A DNA stretch of 64,000 nucleotides from Lachnospiraceae bacterium (GCA_041596215.1 JBFHIZ010000001.1:6030-70029), one strand, 5' to 3'. Counted from the first letter of the stretch, positions 8,415-20,143 are shown. Notes: generated by a model not told the origin, from the sequence alone. Numbers and translations: made by a program.

Positions 8415-10484
8415 ATGAATTTACTTGATCCCATTCACAATTTAAAGGGTATTGGACCCAAAACAGAAAGTTGTTTTCAACAAATAAATATCCACACATA
8501 TTTTGATTTACTTACCTTTTTTCCAAAAACATATGAGCATTATTCTTTTGTACATAAAACAGCGCAATCTATAGAGAATAACACTATGGTCGCTATCGAA
8601 TGTCGAATCACTTCCGTTTCTAATATATATCGAAATTCAAAGTCCGTGACTCAAATAAAAGGAATATCTGTTGCTGGGGAAAATATTGCATGTGTTTTTT
8701 TTCATATGCCTTTTTTGAAAAAAACCATACATATAAATACAAAACAAATCATTTTTGGAAAAGTAACTATAAAAAATAAAGTGCTACATTTTATACAACC
8801 AAAACTTTTTCATCTTGAAAAATATCAGAAAATCGAAAACACTTATCAACCCAAATATGCATATATAAAAGGTCTTACGAATCAAACTATGATAAAATTA
8901 ATCAAACAAATTTTATCTACCAATGATTTGCAAATACCTGATTTTTTAGCAGAGAATATTCAAAAACAAGAATCCTTTCTTTCTTTAAAGGAAGCCATTT
9001 ATGAGATTCATTTTCCAGCGAATACCATTTCTTTAAAACAAGCAAGAAAACGATTGGTTTTTAATGAATTCTTTTTTTATTTATATAAACTAAATCAATC
9101 AAAAAGACAAAATGTAAGAATTTTAAATACGACACCTATGTTAAAAGTTGCAGAAACAACTCGCTTCATGGAAACGTTACCTTTTTCGTTAACAGTGGAT
9201 CAACTTTCTGCTTGGGAAGATATTCAAAATGACTTATCTGGAAAATATCAAATGAATCGATTGTTACAAGGGGATGTTGGATCCGGAAAAACAATTCTTG
9301 CCATTTTGGCAATTTTTATGTGCATATCAAATCGATACCAAAGTGCTTTTATGGCTCCTTTAGAAATTCTTGCAGAACAGCATTTTGAAACGATAAATGA
9401 ATATATTAAAACTTATAAAATTTCAAATGCAACCCCATGCTTACTTACCAGTAGTGTTTCAAAAAGTGCAAAACAAAAAATTTATGAAGAAATAAAAAAT
9501 GGATCGATAAATATTATTATTGGAACGCATGCACTTTTACAAGAATCTTTAGAATTCAAACATCTAGGTTTAGTCATAACAGATGAACAACATCGTTTTG
9601 GAGTGAAGCAAAGAAATGCTTTAAGTGGAAAAGGCATAAACACAAATACATTAGTCATGAGTGCTACACCAATTCCAAGATCTCTTGCGATCATATTATA
9701 TGGTGACTTAAAAGTATCTAAAATTAAAATGCTTCCAAAAGGAAGATTACCAATTAAGAATTCTGTAATTACGCCTGCTTTTCGCATGAAAGCACATTCT
9801 TTTATACAAAAACAAATTGCTTGTAATCATCAAGCTTATATTATATGTCCGATGGTTGAATTTTCTGAAGAAATGCCACAATTACATAGTGTCATTGAAT
9901 ATACAGAAGAATTAAAACATTTATTTCCAAAACATATTCATATTGCATCGATTCATGGGAAAATGAAACCTACTGAAAAAATTGCAATTATGGCAGCGTT
10001 TAAAAGAAAAGAAATTGATATTCTTGTTGCTACAACCGTAATAGAAGTAGGTATTAATGTACCAAATGCAACCGTAATGTTAATTGAAAATGCAGAAAGA
10101 TTTGGACTTGCAACCCTACATCAATTGCGAGGTCGAATAGGTAGAGGTTCTGAGCAATCCTATTGCATGTTCTTATGCGAAAGTGAAAGTGATAATGCAA
10201 AAAAACGATTGGAAATTTTGTTGCATTCTAATGATGGGTTTCATATTGCAAATGAAGATTTAAAATTAAGAGGTCCTGGCAATATGCTTGGTATAGAACA
10301 AAGTGGTTCTTTACATTTCGCGATTGGAGATATTTACGATAATCAATCCGAATTGGTAGTTGCTAAGAATTTGGTAAATGAAATAAATAAGGGAACTTTT
10401 GTTCTAAATGATGAGGAACAAAATATATTAGATTTTTATATAACTAATACATCAAATATCAATACTTATGAAAACATTCTTTAG
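8415..10484 (+). CDS. recG: ATP-dependent DNA helicase RecG
   Basis: Walker A GDVGSGKT, DEQHRFG, SATPIPR, and QLRGRIGRG near the C-terminus. 689 aa. Confidence 0.9.
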   Translation: MNLLDPIHNLKGIGPKTESCFQQINIHTYFDLLTFFPKTYEHYSFVHKTAQSIENNTMVAIECRITSVSNIYRNSKSVTQIKGISVAGENIACVFFHMPFLKKTIHINTKQIIFGKVTIKNKVLHFIQPKLFHLEKYQKIENTYQPKYAYIKGLTNQTMIKLIKQILSTNDLQIPDFLAENIQKQESFLSLKEAIYEIHFPANTISLKQARKRLVFNEFFFYLYKLNQSKRQNVRILNTTPMLKVAETTRFMETLPFSLTVDQLSAWEDIQNDLSGKYQMNRLLQGDVGSGKTILAILAIFMCISNRYQSAFMAPLEILAEQHFETINEYIKTYKISNATPCLLTSSVSKSAKQKIYEEIKNGSINIIIGTHALLQESLEFKHLGLVITDEQHRFGVKQRNALSGKGINTNTLVMSATPIPRSLAIILYGDLKVSKIKMLPKGRLPIKNSVITPAFRMKAHSFIQKQIACNHQAYIICPMVEFSEEMPQLHSVIEYTEELKHLFPKHIHIASIHGKMKPTEKIAIMAAFKRKEIDILVATTVIEVGINVPNATVMLIENAERFGLATLHQLRGRIGRGSEQSYCMFLCESESDNAKKRLEILLHSNDGFHIANEDLKLRGPGNMLGIEQSGSLHFAIGDIYDNQSELVVAKNLVNEINKGTFVLNDEEQNILDFYITNTSNINTYENIL

Positions 10485-10508
10485 CTATACTACATCTATA
10501 ATATACGA

Positions 10509-10540
10509 ATAGAAAAGCACAATAGTTTGTGCTTTTCTAT
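10509..10540 (+). terminator. Hairpin, probable recG terminator
   Basis: 14-bp perfect stem ATAGAAAAGCACAA / TAGT / TTGTGCTTTTCTAT, but only a short T tail. Confidence 0.45.
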
Positions 10541-10568
10541 TTGAAAAAAATGATGTTTATGCTATACT
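10541..10568 (+). promoter_or_regulatory. Candidate sigma-A promoter with extended -10
   Basis: TTGAAA, 16-nt spacer, TGcTATACT (-10 at 10563-10568), upstream of the topoisomerase operon. Confidence 0.45.
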
Positions 10569-10605
10569 AAGAACGTAAAATATTTTAGTTAGAAGGGAAT
10601 ACTAA

Positions 10606-12528
10606 ATGAAAAACGCAAATACATATGATGCAACTAATATCACCGTATTAGAAGGACTTGAAGCAGTGCGTGTTCGACCAGGAATGTATATTGGAAGTGT
10701 TTCAACAAAAGGTTTGAACCATCTTGTTTACGAAATTGTTGACAATTCGGTGGATGAACATCTAGCAGGTTATTGTAATGAAATACATGTAATTTTGGAA
10801 AATGATGGTTCTACTACAATTTATGATAATGGACGTGGAATTCCAATTGAAATGCACGCAAAAGGAATTAGTGCTGAAAGGCTTGTTTTTTCCACTTTAC
10901 ATGCAGGTGGAAAATTTGACAATTCCGCATACAAAACAAGTGGAGGATTACACGGAGTGGGATCTTCTGTTGTAAATGCTTTATCAAGTTATCTTTGCGT
11001 TCGAGTCAAAAAAAATGGTTTTATACATGAAGATAAATATGAACGTGGTATCCCTATCGTAGAACTAGAAAATGGTCTATTACCGATTATTGGAAAAACA
11101 AAAGAAACGGGTACATGGGTAAATTTTTTGCCTGATGAAACAATATTTGAAAAGACAAGATTTAAAGCGGATGATATTAAAAGTCGCTTACATGAAACTG
11201 CCTATTTAAATCCAAATCTTACCATATATTTTTCGGATAAAAGAGAAGGTAGCGAAGAAGAACTTATTTTTCATGAAGAAGAAGGAATTCAAGGATTCGT
11301 AAAAGAAATCAATAAAACTTCGACAGCACTTACGGATGTTATTTTATTTCAAGGAGAATCGAATGGAATTACCTGTGAAGTTGCGTTCCAATATGTAAAT
11401 GAATTTCATGAAAATATATTAGGTTTTTGCAATAATATTTATAATGCAGAAGGTGGAACACATTTAACTGGATTTAAAACTATTTTTACAAGTGTAATAA
11501 ACAATTACTCAAGAGAATTAGGTATTTTAAAAGATAAAGATTCTAATTTTACCGGTGCAGATGTTAGAAACGGTATGACGGCAGTAATATCTCTCAAACA
11601 TCCTGCTCCACGTTTTGAAGGTCAAACAAAAACAAAATTAGATAACCAAGATGCTTCAAAAGCTGTTAGTCAAATTGTTGGAGAAGAAATTGTACATTTT
11701 TTTGACCGAAATTTAGATATTCTAAAAACTGTAATTGGTTGTGCTGAAAAATCAGCAAAAATAAGGAAAACAGAAGAGAAGGCAAAAACAAATCTATTAG
11801 CAACCCCTAAATTTTCCTTTGATAGTAATGGTAAACTTGCGAATTGTGAAACGAAAAACCCTCATATTTCAGAAATATTCATTGTAGAAGGAGATTCGGC
11901 CGGAGGAAGTGCCAAAATGGCTAGAAATCGCCTTTTTCAAGCGATTTTACCTATTCGTGGGAAAATCTTAAATGTTGAAAAAGCAAGTATTGACAAAGTA
12001 TTAGCAAATGAAGAAATTAAAACTATGATAAATACCTTTGGTTGTGGCTTTTCAGAAGGATATGGTAATGATTTTGATATTTCAAAACTAAAATATAACA
12101 AAATAATTATTATGGCAGATGCGGATGTAGATGGTGCACACATCTGTACCTTACTTTTAACGCTATTTTATCGATATATGTCCGAATTGATTTTAGAAGG
12201 ACATGTTTATATTGCTATGCCACCATTATATAAGACAATACCTCAAAAAGGGGAAGGGGAATACTTATATGATGATTATGCATTAGAAAAATATCGTAAG
12301 TCTCATAAAGGAAATTTTACCTTACAACGTTATAAAGGTTTAGGAGAAATGGACGCAAATCAATTATGGGAAACGACCTTAAACCCAGAAACTAGAATGT
12401 TAAAACAAGTAGAAATTGAAGATGCTAGAATGGCTTCTGATGTAACGGAAATGTTAATGGGTTCTAATGTTCCCCCTAGAAGAGAGTTTATATATAAAAA
12501 TGCTCCTGAAGCAGAACTTGATATTTAG
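10606..12528 (+). CDS. parE: Type IIA topoisomerase subunit B (ParE-like)
   Basis: GHKL ATPase (VDNSVDE, GGLHGVG), Toprim EGDSAGG, PLRGKILNVEK and DADVDGAH. Called ParE because the partner subunit lacks a GyrA box. Confidence 0.65.
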   Translation: MKNANTYDATNITVLEGLEAVRVRPGMYIGSVSTKGLNHLVYEIVDNSVDEHLAGYCNEIHVILENDGSTTIYDNGRGIPIEMHAKGISAERLVFSTLHAGGKFDNSAYKTSGGLHGVGSSVVNALSSYLCVRVKKNGFIHEDKYERGIPIVELENGLLPIIGKTKETGTWVNFLPDETIFEKTRFKADDIKSRLHETAYLNPNLTIYFSDKREGSEEELIFHEEEGIQGFVKEINKTSTALTDVILFQGESNGITCEVAFQYVNEFHENILGFCNNIYNAEGGTHLTGFKTIFTSVINNYSRELGILKDKDSNFTGADVRNGMTAVISLKHPAPRFEGQTKTKLDNQDASKAVSQIVGEEIVHFFDRNLDILKTVIGCAEKSAKIRKTEEKAKTNLLATPKFSFDSNGKLANCETKNPHISEIFIVEGDSAGGSAKMARNRLFQAILPIRGKILNVEKASIDKVLANEEIKTMINTFGCGFSEGYGNDFDISKLKYNKIIIMADADVDGAHICTLLLTLFYRYMSELILEGHVYIAMPPLYKTIPQKGEGEYLYDDYALEKYRKSHKGNFTLQRYKGLGEMDANQLWETTLNPETRMLKQVEIEDARMASDVTEMLMGSNVPPRREFIYKNAPEAELDI

Positions 12529-12546
12529 AATAAGGAAGGGTATGAC

Positions 12547-14784
12547 GTGGAAGAAAAAATAATAAAAACTGAGTATTCAGAAATTATGCAAAAATCTTAT
12601 ATAGATTATGCAATGAGTGTAATTGTGGCTCGTGCGCTACCAGATGTTCGTGATGGCCTAAAACCAGTTCAAAGAAGAACTTTATATGACATGTATGAAT
12701 TGGGAATCAAACATGATAAAAATTACCGTAAAAGTGCACGTATCGTCGGAGATACTATGGGTAAATATCATCCACATGGGGACAGTTCCATTTATGATTC
12801 TTTAGTTGTCATGAGTCAAGATTTTAAAAAGTCAATGCCTTTAGTGGATGGGCACGGGAATTTTGGAAATATTGAAGGCGATGGGGCAGCCGCTATGCGT
12901 TATACGGAAGCACGATTGCATGAAATCACTGAGGTTGGTTTACTATCTGATTTAGATAAAGATGTCATAGATTTCATTCCAAATTTTGATGAAACAGAAA
13001 AAGAACCTTCTGTTCTTCCTGCAAAATTTCCTAATTTATTAGTCAATGGAGCGGAAGGGATTGCTGTTGGTATGGCTACAAGCATACCTCCACATAATCT
13101 AGGTGAGATCATCGAAGCAACCAAAGCTTACATGAAAGATGAATCTATCACGATAAAAGAGCTCTTAAAACATATAAAAGGGCCTGATTTTCCTACCGGT
13201 GGTGTTGTAATAAATAAGGATGATTTATTACATATCTATGAGACTGGATCCGGTAAAATTAAAATTCGAGGTACTGTTGAAACAAAAAGAGGGAAAAATG
13301 GCAAAATTGAAGTAATCATATCTGAAATTCCTTATACAATGATTGGCGCAAATATCGCCAAATTTTTGAGTGATGTGGCTGGTTTATATGATTCTAAAAA
13401 AGCGCCTGAAATTGTTGATATCTCCAATCAATCTTCAAAAGAAGGAATCCACATTGTCATTGAATTAAAAAGAGGATCCGATGCCGATAATTTTATTAAT
13501 TTACTCTATAAAAAAACAAGGTTAGAAGATACTTTTGGCGTAAATATGCTTGCCATATCAAATCAAAAACCTGAAATTATGAATATTAAAGAAATTATTA
13601 AAAATAATGTTGAATTTCAATATGAAGTAACAAAAAGAAAATATAATAATTTATTGGAAAAAGAACAAAAACGAAAAGAAATTCAAGAAGGTTTAATTAA
13701 AGCTTGTAATATTATAGATTTAATAATCGAAATTTTACGAGGTTCAAAAGATCGTGCTATGGTAAAAAAATGTCTTGTTCAAGGAACTATAGAGGGCATA
13801 ACATTCAAATCAAAAGAATCCAAAATTATGGCACAACAATTACAATTTTCTGAAATACAAGCAGATGCTATTTTAGACATGCGTCTATATAAACTAATTG
13901 GTTTAGAAATTGAAGCACTTATGAATGAACATGAAAAAACAATGGCTAATATTTACCGATATGAAGATATTCTTGAAAGAAAAGATTCAATGATTCAGGT
14001 TTTAATTAATGAATTAGATTCCATGAAGAAAGAATTTGCAACGAAAAGGAAAACAATAATTGAAAATGGAAAAGAAGCCGTATATGAAGAAAAAGAACAA
14101 GAAGAGATGCCACTAATTTTTTTAATGGATCGATTTGGTTATGCACGTACCATAGATATTTCTACTTATGAAAGAAATAAAGAAGCGGCTGACAATGAAA
14201 ATAAATTTGTCATACAAACAAAAAATACTGGTAAAATATGTGTGTTCACAAATACGGGGCAATTACATACCATAAAAGTTCAAGATTTGCCTTTGGGAAA
14301 ATTTAGAGATAAAGGTATACCAATCGATAATGTAAGTAATTTTTCTTCCAATCATGAAATGATTTTATATATCATAGATCAATCTAATTTAATTGTTGGT
14401 CGAATTATTTTTGTAACAAAACTAGGTTTTATCAAAACGGTTGATGGATCAGAATTTCATGTGTCTAAAAGACAAATTATTGCTACAAATTTATCTGATT
14501 CAGATGAATTATTATCTGTTGAACAGATTATAGAACAAAGAAATATTGTGTTACAATCAAATGATGGTTATTTTTTGCGTTTTCCAATTGAAGAAATACC
14601 TTTAAAGAAAAAAAATGCGATTGGTGTTAGAAGTATGCGCTTTTCTCCAAAAGCACATCTAGAATCGGTATATTACACGCAAAATGCAATGGAACAAACC
14701 ATAGAATATAATTCGAAAATAATTGAACTTAATAAAATTAAACTTGGAAAAAGAGATGCAAAAGGTGTGAAAATCCGAGTATAA
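12547..14784 (+). CDS. parC: Type IIA topoisomerase subunit A (ParC-like)
   Basis: GTG start after [19 protein letters not shown] contains the catalytic Tyr. 745 aa, and I see no QxRGGxG GyrA-box motif. Confidence 0.65.
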   Translation: MEEKIIKTEYSEIMQKSYIDYAMSVIVARALPDVRDGLKPVQRRTLYDMYELGIKHDKNYRKSARIVGDTMGKYHPHGDSSIYDSLVVMSQDFKKSMPLVDGHGNFGNIEGDGAAAMRYTEARLHEITEVGLLSDLDKDVIDFIPNFDETEKEPSVLPAKFPNLLVNGAEGIAVGMATSIPPHNLGEIIEATKAYMKDESITIKELLKHIKGPDFPTGGVVINKDDLLHIYETGSGKIKIRGTVETKRGKNGKIEVIISEIPYTMIGANIAKFLSDVAGLYDSKKAPEIVDISNQSSKEGIHIVIELKRGSDADNFINLLYKKTRLEDTFGVNMLAISNQKPEIMNIKEIIKNNVEFQYEVTKRKYNNLLEKEQKRKEIQEGLIKACNIIDLIIEILRGSKDRAMVKKCLVQGTIEGITFKSKESKIMAQQLQFSEIQADAILDMRLYKLIGLEIEALMNEHEKTMANIYRYEDILERKDSMIQVLINELDSMKKEFATKRKTIIENGKEAVYEEKEQEEMPLIFLMDRFGYARTIDISTYERNKEAADNENKFVIQTKNTGKICVFTNTGQLHTIKVQDLPLGKFRDKGIPIDNVSNFSSNHEMILYIIDQSNLIVGRIIFVTKLGFIKTVDGSEFHVSKRQIIATNLSDSDELLSVEQIIEQRNIVLQSNDGYFLRFPIEEIPLKKKNAIGVRSMRFSPKAHLESVYYTQNAMEQTIEYNSKIIELNKIKLGKRDAKGVKIRV

Positions 14785-14796
14785 CAGGAGACGTAT

Positions 14797-15351
14797 ATGA
14801 GAGTAATAGCAGGAACAGCGAGAAGATTACCATTATCTTGCCCAGAAGGAATGAATACAAGACCTACTAAAGATCGAATAAAAGAAACATTATTTAATAT
14901 TATTCAAAATGATATTCCAAACAGTGTTTTTGTTGACTTATTTAGCGGTAGTGGTGCAATCGGTATTGAAGCGTTAAGTAGAGGTGCAAACAAATGTTAT
15001 TTTATTGATAAAAACAAAAAAGCAATTGCATGTATTAGGGAAAATTTACTATTTACAAAATTGTCTGATAACGCAATAATTATACAACAAGATGCTGTTG
15101 ATTCTTTCTTTGCAATTCACGAAGAACATATTGATATTCTTTTTATTGACCCACCATATTCTGACGGTTATGAATCGAAAATACTAAATGCATTATTAAA
15201 TTTTGAAAATATTGATGAAAAAACAAAAATTATTTTTGAAGCCGATGTAAAAACGGCTTTTGATGATTTTGAAACGGGAGGGTATCTCATTGAAAGAGAA
15301 AAAATATACAAAACAAACAAACTCGTATTTATGCGAAAATCAAACACCTAA
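14797..15351 (+). CDS. rsmD: 16S rRNA (guanine966-N2)-methyltransferase RsmD
   Basis: [10 protein letters not shown]..., [18 protein letters not shown], and DPPY motif (FIDPPY). Confidence 0.85.
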   Translation: MRVIAGTARRLPLSCPEGMNTRPTKDRIKETLFNIIQNDIPNSVFVDLFSGSGAIGIEALSRGANKCYFIDKNKKAIACIRENLLFTKLSDNAIIIQQDAVDSFFAIHEEHIDILFIDPPYSDGYESKILNALLNFENIDEKTKIIFEADVKTAFDDFETGGYLIEREKIYKTNKLVFMRKSNT

Positions 15352-15361
15352 ACTTGATCGC

Positions 15362-15874
15362 GTGATATATCCTGGGAGCTTTGATCCTGTGACTTTTGGA
15401 CATATTGACATTATTAAACGAGCAGCTTCTATGTTCAGCGAAGTGATTGTTGCAGTTTTAAATAACCAATATAAAACTGCATTGTTTTCTACAGATGAAC
15501 GTGTTAAAATGTTAGAAGAAGTTGTGAAAGATTATCCTAACGTGAAAGTTGATTCTTATAGTGGTTTAACCATTGATTATGCAAAAGAAAACAATATTCA
15601 TGTATTAGTAAGAGGCTTACGAGCAGTAACTGATTTTGAATATGAATTACAAATTGCACAAACAAACAGAAAATTAACGAACGAAATGGTTGACACGATC
15701 TTTCTTACAACAAGTTTGGAAAACGCATATTTGAGTTCTACCATTGTAAAAGAAATAGCATCTTATAAGGGAGACATTTCTCTATGTGTTCCTGAAAATG
15801 TTATGATAAAAACTTATGAAAAATATAATATTTCCATAAAAGATATACAAGAAAAATACAAGGATGTAGAATAG
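15362..15874 (+). CDS. coaD: Phosphopantetheine adenylyltransferase
   Basis: (V)[17 protein letters not shown] matches the CoaD N-terminus. I prefer the GTG at 15362; the listed ATG at 15260 would add 34 non-homologous residues overlapping rsmD. Start uncertain. Confidence 0.8.
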   Translation: MIYPGSFDPVTFGHIDIIKRAASMFSEVIVAVLNNQYKTALFSTDERVKMLEEVVKDYPNVKVDSYSGLTIDYAKENNIHVLVRGLRAVTDFEYELQIAQTNRKLTNEMVDTIFLTTSLENAYLSSTIVKEIASYKGDISLCVPENVMIKTYEKYNISIKDIQEKYKDVE

Positions 15875-15882
15875 GAGTGCAT

Positions 15883-16497
15883 ATGAGTAGTAAAATTGAG
15901 CAATTAATCGATGATATTGAAGAGTATATTGATGAATGTAAGTTTCAAGCATTTTCAAGTACAAAAATCATTGTAAATAAGGAAGAAATTGATGATCTTC
16001 TTCATAACCTTAGAGCTACAACACCTGAAGAAATAAAATATTATCGTAAAATCATCAAGAATAAAGAAGCAATTTTAAATGACGCAAGAGAAAAAGCGGA
16101 ATCTTTAATTAACAAAACAACCATACAAACAAATGAATTAATTAATGAACATGAAATTATGCAACAGGCTTATGCACAAGCAAATGAAATTGTGAAAATT
16201 GCAACGGAACAAGCGCAAGGGATTAAAGAAAAAGCAATTGTTGAAGGTAATATGTATCGTGAAGCTTCGGTTAATTATATGGATAATTTTTTACGCGATA
16301 TTCAATCGGTATTAGAATCTTCCATTACCAATGCTTCGCTACAGTATGAAACCTTACTCAATTCCTTAAACGAACATTATGAAACCGTTATTAATAATCG
16401 TGAAGAACTTCGTCCTGCGGAAAAGGAACCTTTTGAAGATTCATCCGATGATGATGAAATTTCAGGTTTAAATAATGAAGAATTTGATTTGATTTAA
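15883..16497 (+). CDS. Hypothetical coiled-coil protein with acidic C-terminus
   Basis: ATG at 15883 follows AGGAG. Helical, Q/E/N-rich, with C-terminal DSSDDDE. No enzymatic motif. Confidence 0.5.
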   Translation: MSSKIEQLIDDIEEYIDECKFQAFSSTKIIVNKEEIDDLLHNLRATTPEEIKYYRKIIKNKEAILNDAREKAESLINKTTIQTNELINEHEIMQQAYAQANEIVKIATEQAQGIKEKAIVEGNMYREASVNYMDNFLRDIQSVLESSITNASLQYETLLNSLNEHYETVINNREELRPAEKEPFEDSSDDDEISGLNNEEFDLI

Positions 16498-16533
16498 AAC
16501 AAAAGTATATCAGATGATATACTTTTGTTTTTT
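16498..16533 (+). terminator. Rho-independent terminator
   Basis: AACAAAAGTATATC / AGAT / GATATACTTTTGTT followed by a T-run. Confidence 0.75.
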
Positions 16534-16552
16534 GAAACTATGGAGTGATGAA

Positions 16553-17260
16553 ATGCGACTTGATAAATATTTAAGTGATTTGAATTTTGGAACTAGGAAA
16601 ACGTTGAAAGATCATATTAAAAATGGCTCAGTAATGGTTAATAAGGAAATATGCAAAAATCCTGCAGTGCAGGTAAATATAAATTCTGATCAAATTTCTT
16701 TTCAAGGAAAATTAGTAACTTATCAAAAATATAAGTATTATATGTTAAACAAACCGAAAGATATGGTTACTGCTTCTAAAGATAAGTATTCATCTTGCGT
16801 TCTTGATTTGTTTCAACAAGAATCTGTTAAAAATCTGTTTGCGGTTGGTCGTTTAGATAAAGATACCGAAGGATTGCTATTACTTACTAATGATGGTGTT
16901 TTTTCTCATAAAATCACGTCACCTTCACATAATTTATGGAAAACATATTATGCGATTCTAAATGACTATATTGATTCTTCTGCAATTACTGCTTTTGAAC
17001 ATGGAGTTTCCATAGGTGATTTGAAAATAACAAAACCATCAAAACTGACAATACTAGAATCTTCGAAAAACAGAAGTTTTGTTACTCTATCCATTTCAGA
17101 AGGAAGATATCATCAAGTAAAACGGATGTTTCAAACACTTGGATTAAAAGTTACCTATTTAAAACGTATTTCAATAGGTTCTTTACAATTGGATGATTCG
17201 CTTCCTTTAGGAGCGTATCGTGAACTTACAAAATCTGAAATTGATGCAATTTTCATATAA
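16553..17260 (+). CDS. rsuA: RsuA-family 16S rRNA pseudouridine synthase
   Basis: S4 domain start MRLDKYLS after GGAG. Catalytic GRLDKDTEGLLLLTNDG, and RYHQVKRM. Confidence 0.7.
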   Translation: MRLDKYLSDLNFGTRKTLKDHIKNGSVMVNKEICKNPAVQVNINSDQISFQGKLVTYQKYKYYMLNKPKDMVTASKDKYSSCVLDLFQQESVKNLFAVGRLDKDTEGLLLLTNDGVFSHKITSPSHNLWKTYYAILNDYIDSSAITAFEHGVSIGDLKITKPSKLTILESSKNRSFVTLSISEGRYHQVKRMFQTLGLKVTYLKRISIGSLQLDDSLPLGAYRELTKSEIDAIFI

Positions 17261-17275
17261 ATGAAAGGAAATATA

Positions 17276-17926
17276 ATGTTAGATAATATTAAAGCTATGA
17301 TTTTTGATTTAGATGGAACACTAGTGGATTCTATGTGGATTTGGAAAGACATTGATATAAATTATTTGAAACAATATCAATTAACACTACCTGAAGATTT
17401 ACAAAAAAATATTGAAGGACTCAGTTTCACAGAAACTGCAGCCTATTTCAAAGAATATTTTAATCTTGAGGATTCCATAGAAAAAATAAAAAATGATTGG
17501 AACGAACTTGCAATGGATCTATATTGTACAAAAGTTCCTTTAAAAAGAAATGCTTTAAACTTATTAAAATATGGGAAAAAAAATAATATAAAAATGGGAA
17601 TTGCAAGTAGTAATTCAAAAGAATTGGTAACATCTGTCCTTAAAGCCCTTCAAATTGACCATTATTTTGATGTAGTGGTAACTTCATGCGAAGCAAAAAA
17701 AGGGAAACCCGAACCAGATGTTTATTTACTAGCTGCAAAAAAATTAAATATACCAACCGAACATTGCTTAGTATTTGAAGACATTATAGCTGGTATTATG
17801 GCTGGAAGAAGAGCATCAATGAAAGTCTGTGCAGTAGAAGATGCATATTCAAATCATACAAAACATGAAAAAATTAAACTTGCTGATTATTATATTTCTG
17901 ATTTTTCAGAAGTTTTTATATCTTAA
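17276..17926 (+). CDS. HAD-IA family hydrolase (phosphatase/beta-phosphoglucomutase-like)
   Basis: IFDLDGTLVDS motif I, SNS motif II, K...FEDIIAG motif IV. The ATG at 17276 has a better RBS than 17261. Confidence 0.75.
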   Translation: MLDNIKAMIFDLDGTLVDSMWIWKDIDINYLKQYQLTLPEDLQKNIEGLSFTETAAYFKEYFNLEDSIEKIKNDWNELAMDLYCTKVPLKRNALNLLKYGKKNNIKMGIASSNSKELVTSVLKALQIDHYFDVVVTSCEAKKGKPEPDVYLLAAKKLNIPTEHCLVFEDIIAGIMAGRRASMKVCAVEDAYSNHTKHEKIKLADYYISDFSEVFIS

Positions 17927-17975
17927 TTTGAAAATTTGTTGCTACAACAAACATATATTATAAGGAAGGAAATTC

Positions 17976-18548
17976 ATGAAAAAAAACAAACCACAAAAAG
18001 GGAATATACAATATCTTACTTATCGAAAAAAAATAACCATTATACGTACATTTTTACTATTTCTATTAGCTTTTACTATTTTAATGACTGGATATCTTTC
18101 TACTGGAAGTGTTGAAAATTACTTGACGATTATTGGTATTTTAGGTATATTACCAGCCACAAGATCTGCGGTGGAAATGATTGCTGTATTACGTGTAAAA
18201 CCAATCAATGATGCTATCTATCAAAAATACAGCGACCTAACAGCACAAAGTAAATTGGATTTACAATATAACTTATATTTTACGACAAACAAAAAAAACT
18301 TTTCCATTCAAGTATTATTTGTAACAAATGAATGTATTATTGGCTATACAACCGATAAAAAATGTAATATAAAAGATGCAAAAATACATATTCAAACATA
18401 TATGAAAAAAGATGGATTTACACCAAAGAATGTAAATGTTTTTTCAGAAGAAAGTAAATTTTTACTAGCAATTAAAAACAATCTAGAAAACAAGCCTAGT
18501 TTATTAGATTCCAAAATGGAACACGCCTTAAAATTGCTTTCCATTTAA
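17976..18548 (+). CDS. Hypothetical membrane protein (2 predicted TM)
   Basis: RBS AAGGAAGG. Two hydrophobic segments in the N-terminal 70 aa, then a soluble domain. No motif recognised. Confidence 0.5.
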   Translation: MKKNKPQKGNIQYLTYRKKITIIRTFLLFLLAFTILMTGYLSTGSVENYLTIIGILGILPATRSAVEMIAVLRVKPINDAIYQKYSDLTAQSKLDLQYNLYFTTNKKNFSIQVLFVTNECIIGYTTDKKCNIKDAKIHIQTYMKKDGFTPKNVNVFSEESKFLLAIKNNLENKPSLLDSKMEHALKLLSI

Positions 18549-18565
18549 GAAAAAGAGTGTATATC

Positions 18566-19564
18566 ATGGAACAAATTTCAGTTGATAATAACATATCCGG
18601 ACAAAGATTGGATAAATTTTTAATTAAATATTTTCCAAATGCATCGAAAAGTTTCATATATAAAATGTTGCGGAAAAAAAACATCCTTTTGAATGAAAAA
18701 AAGGCCTCGGGAAATGAAATATTGTTGGAAAAAGATCAAATTTCAATTTATTTTTCTGAAGACACCCTACGTAAATTCAAAACATTACCAAATAATCATT
18801 TTGACTTGGTCAGTCAATATGAATTAGCTTATCAAAAACTTTTTCATGAAATATCGATTCTTTATGAGGATACCAATATCATTGTTTTTTATAAAGCTGC
18901 AGGCGTTTTATCACAAAAATCAACCCCAACGGATATTTCTATTAATGAATTTGGAATTGGATATTTACTAAAAACGGGTCAAATAACAAAAGATTCTTTG
19001 CAATTAAATAAACCTTCAATCTGCAATCGTCTAGATCGAAATACGAGTGGAATTGTACTTTTTGGAAAAACACTACTTGGACTTCAAACTCTAAATTTAG
19101 CAATAAAAAATCATTCAATACAAAAATACTATCGTTGTTTTTTATCAGGAATTTTAAAAGAACCAATTAAACTAAATGGATATTTATCAAAAAATGAACA
19201 AACCAATTCGGTACAAATATATGACAAAAAAATTAATAATAGCTCTGCAATCCAAACTAATATTTATCCCCTGTCCTATGGGGGAAATATAACTTATGCA
19301 GAAATTGAATTGATTACAGGGAAAACACATCAAATACGTGCACATGTAGCATCTATTGGACACCCCATCATAGGAGATTATAAGTACGGGAATGCATCCG
19401 TTAATAAAATCTTTAAACGTGAATGTTCTGTACAAGCACAATTATTGCATTCATATCGAGTAGTATTTCCACAAATGAATGATGTGTTTCATCAACTAAG
19501 TGAACGTGAATTAATTGCTCCCATTCCGTCCACATTTCAAAATATATTAAACCTATATTTTTAA
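18566..19564 (+). CDS. RluA-family pseudouridine synthase
   Basis: S4-like N-terminus (RLDKFL), catalytic NRLDRNTSGIVLFGK, and HQIRAH. Confidence 0.8.
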   Translation: MEQISVDNNISGQRLDKFLIKYFPNASKSFIYKMLRKKNILLNEKKASGNEILLEKDQISIYFSEDTLRKFKTLPNNHFDLVSQYELAYQKLFHEISILYEDTNIIVFYKAAGVLSQKSTPTDISINEFGIGYLLKTGQITKDSLQLNKPSICNRLDRNTSGIVLFGKTLLGLQTLNLAIKNHSIQKYYRCFLSGILKEPIKLNGYLSKNEQTNSVQIYDKKINNSSAIQTNIYPLSYGGNITYAEIELITGKTHQIRAHVASIGHPIIGDYKYGNASVNKIFKRECSVQAQLLHSYRVVFPQMNDVFHQLSERELIAPIPSTFQNILNLYF

Positions 19565-19578
19565 TTTTGGAGGGTATT

Positions 19579-20118
19579 ATGGCAACATGGAATTCAAGAG
19601 GTCTTCGAGGATCTTCCTTAGAAGATTTTATTAATCGCACAAATGAAAAATATCAAGAATACCATCTTGGTCTTGTTCAAAAAATCCCCACACCAATTAC
19701 TCCAGTAAAAATCGACAAAACTACGCGCCATATTACACTTGCTTATTTTGAACAAAAAAGTACGATTGACTACATTGGTGTAATACAAGGAATTCCCATA
19801 TGTTTTGATGCAAAAGAATGTGGGAGCAAATCATTTACTTTAAACAATATTCATGCACATCAAATTGAGTTTATGCGTGAATTTGAAAAACAAAATGGTA
19901 TTGCTTTCTTATTAATATCTTTTACAGCTTACCAAACATATTACTATTTACCTTTTCGCAAACTAGAAGAATTTGTAAACCGCTATAAAAATGGTGGAAA
20001 AAAAAGTTTTCATTATAATGAATTAGACGAAAAATATATTATAACTTCTAAAAAAGGAATCCTGATTCCATATTTAGATACCTTACAAGTGGATTTACAG
20101 GAAAGAAAAAACATTTGA
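19579..20118 (+). CDS. recU: Holliday junction resolvase RecU
   Basis: ATG at 19579 follows GGAGGG. GSSLEDFINRTNEKY..., IDYIGV...CFDAKEC..., and HQIEFM are typical of RecU. Confidence 0.85.
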   Translation: MATWNSRGLRGSSLEDFINRTNEKYQEYHLGLVQKIPTPITPVKIDKTTRHITLAYFEQKSTIDYIGVIQGIPICFDAKECGSKSFTLNNIHAHQIEFMREFEKQNGIAFLLISFTAYQTYYYLPFRKLEEFVNRYKNGGKKSFHYNELDEKYIITSKKGILIPYLDTLQVDLQERKNI

Positions 20119-20143
20119 CAGTTTTCAAGAAATCTTGTATACT
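20115..20143 (+). promoter_or_regulatory. Near-consensus sigma-A promoter of the his operon
   Basis: TTGACA (20115-20120, overlapping the recU stop), 17-nt spacer, TATACT (20138-20143). Confidence 0.6.

Noticed and set aside
10606-14784. Calling the topoisomerase pair gyrB/gyrA
   Set aside because: The A subunit is 745 aa, and I find no GyrA-box (QxRGGxG). The locus is not next to dnaA, dnaN or recF. A ParE/ParC-like assignment is preferred but needs phylogeny.
15260-15361. Listed 204-aa CoaD ORF starting at the ATG at 15260 inside rsmD
   Set aside because: The extra 34 residues have no CoaD homology and overlap rsmD by 92 nt. Homology starts at IYPGSFDP, directly after the GTG at 15362. 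This start lacks a good RBS, so it remains uncertain.
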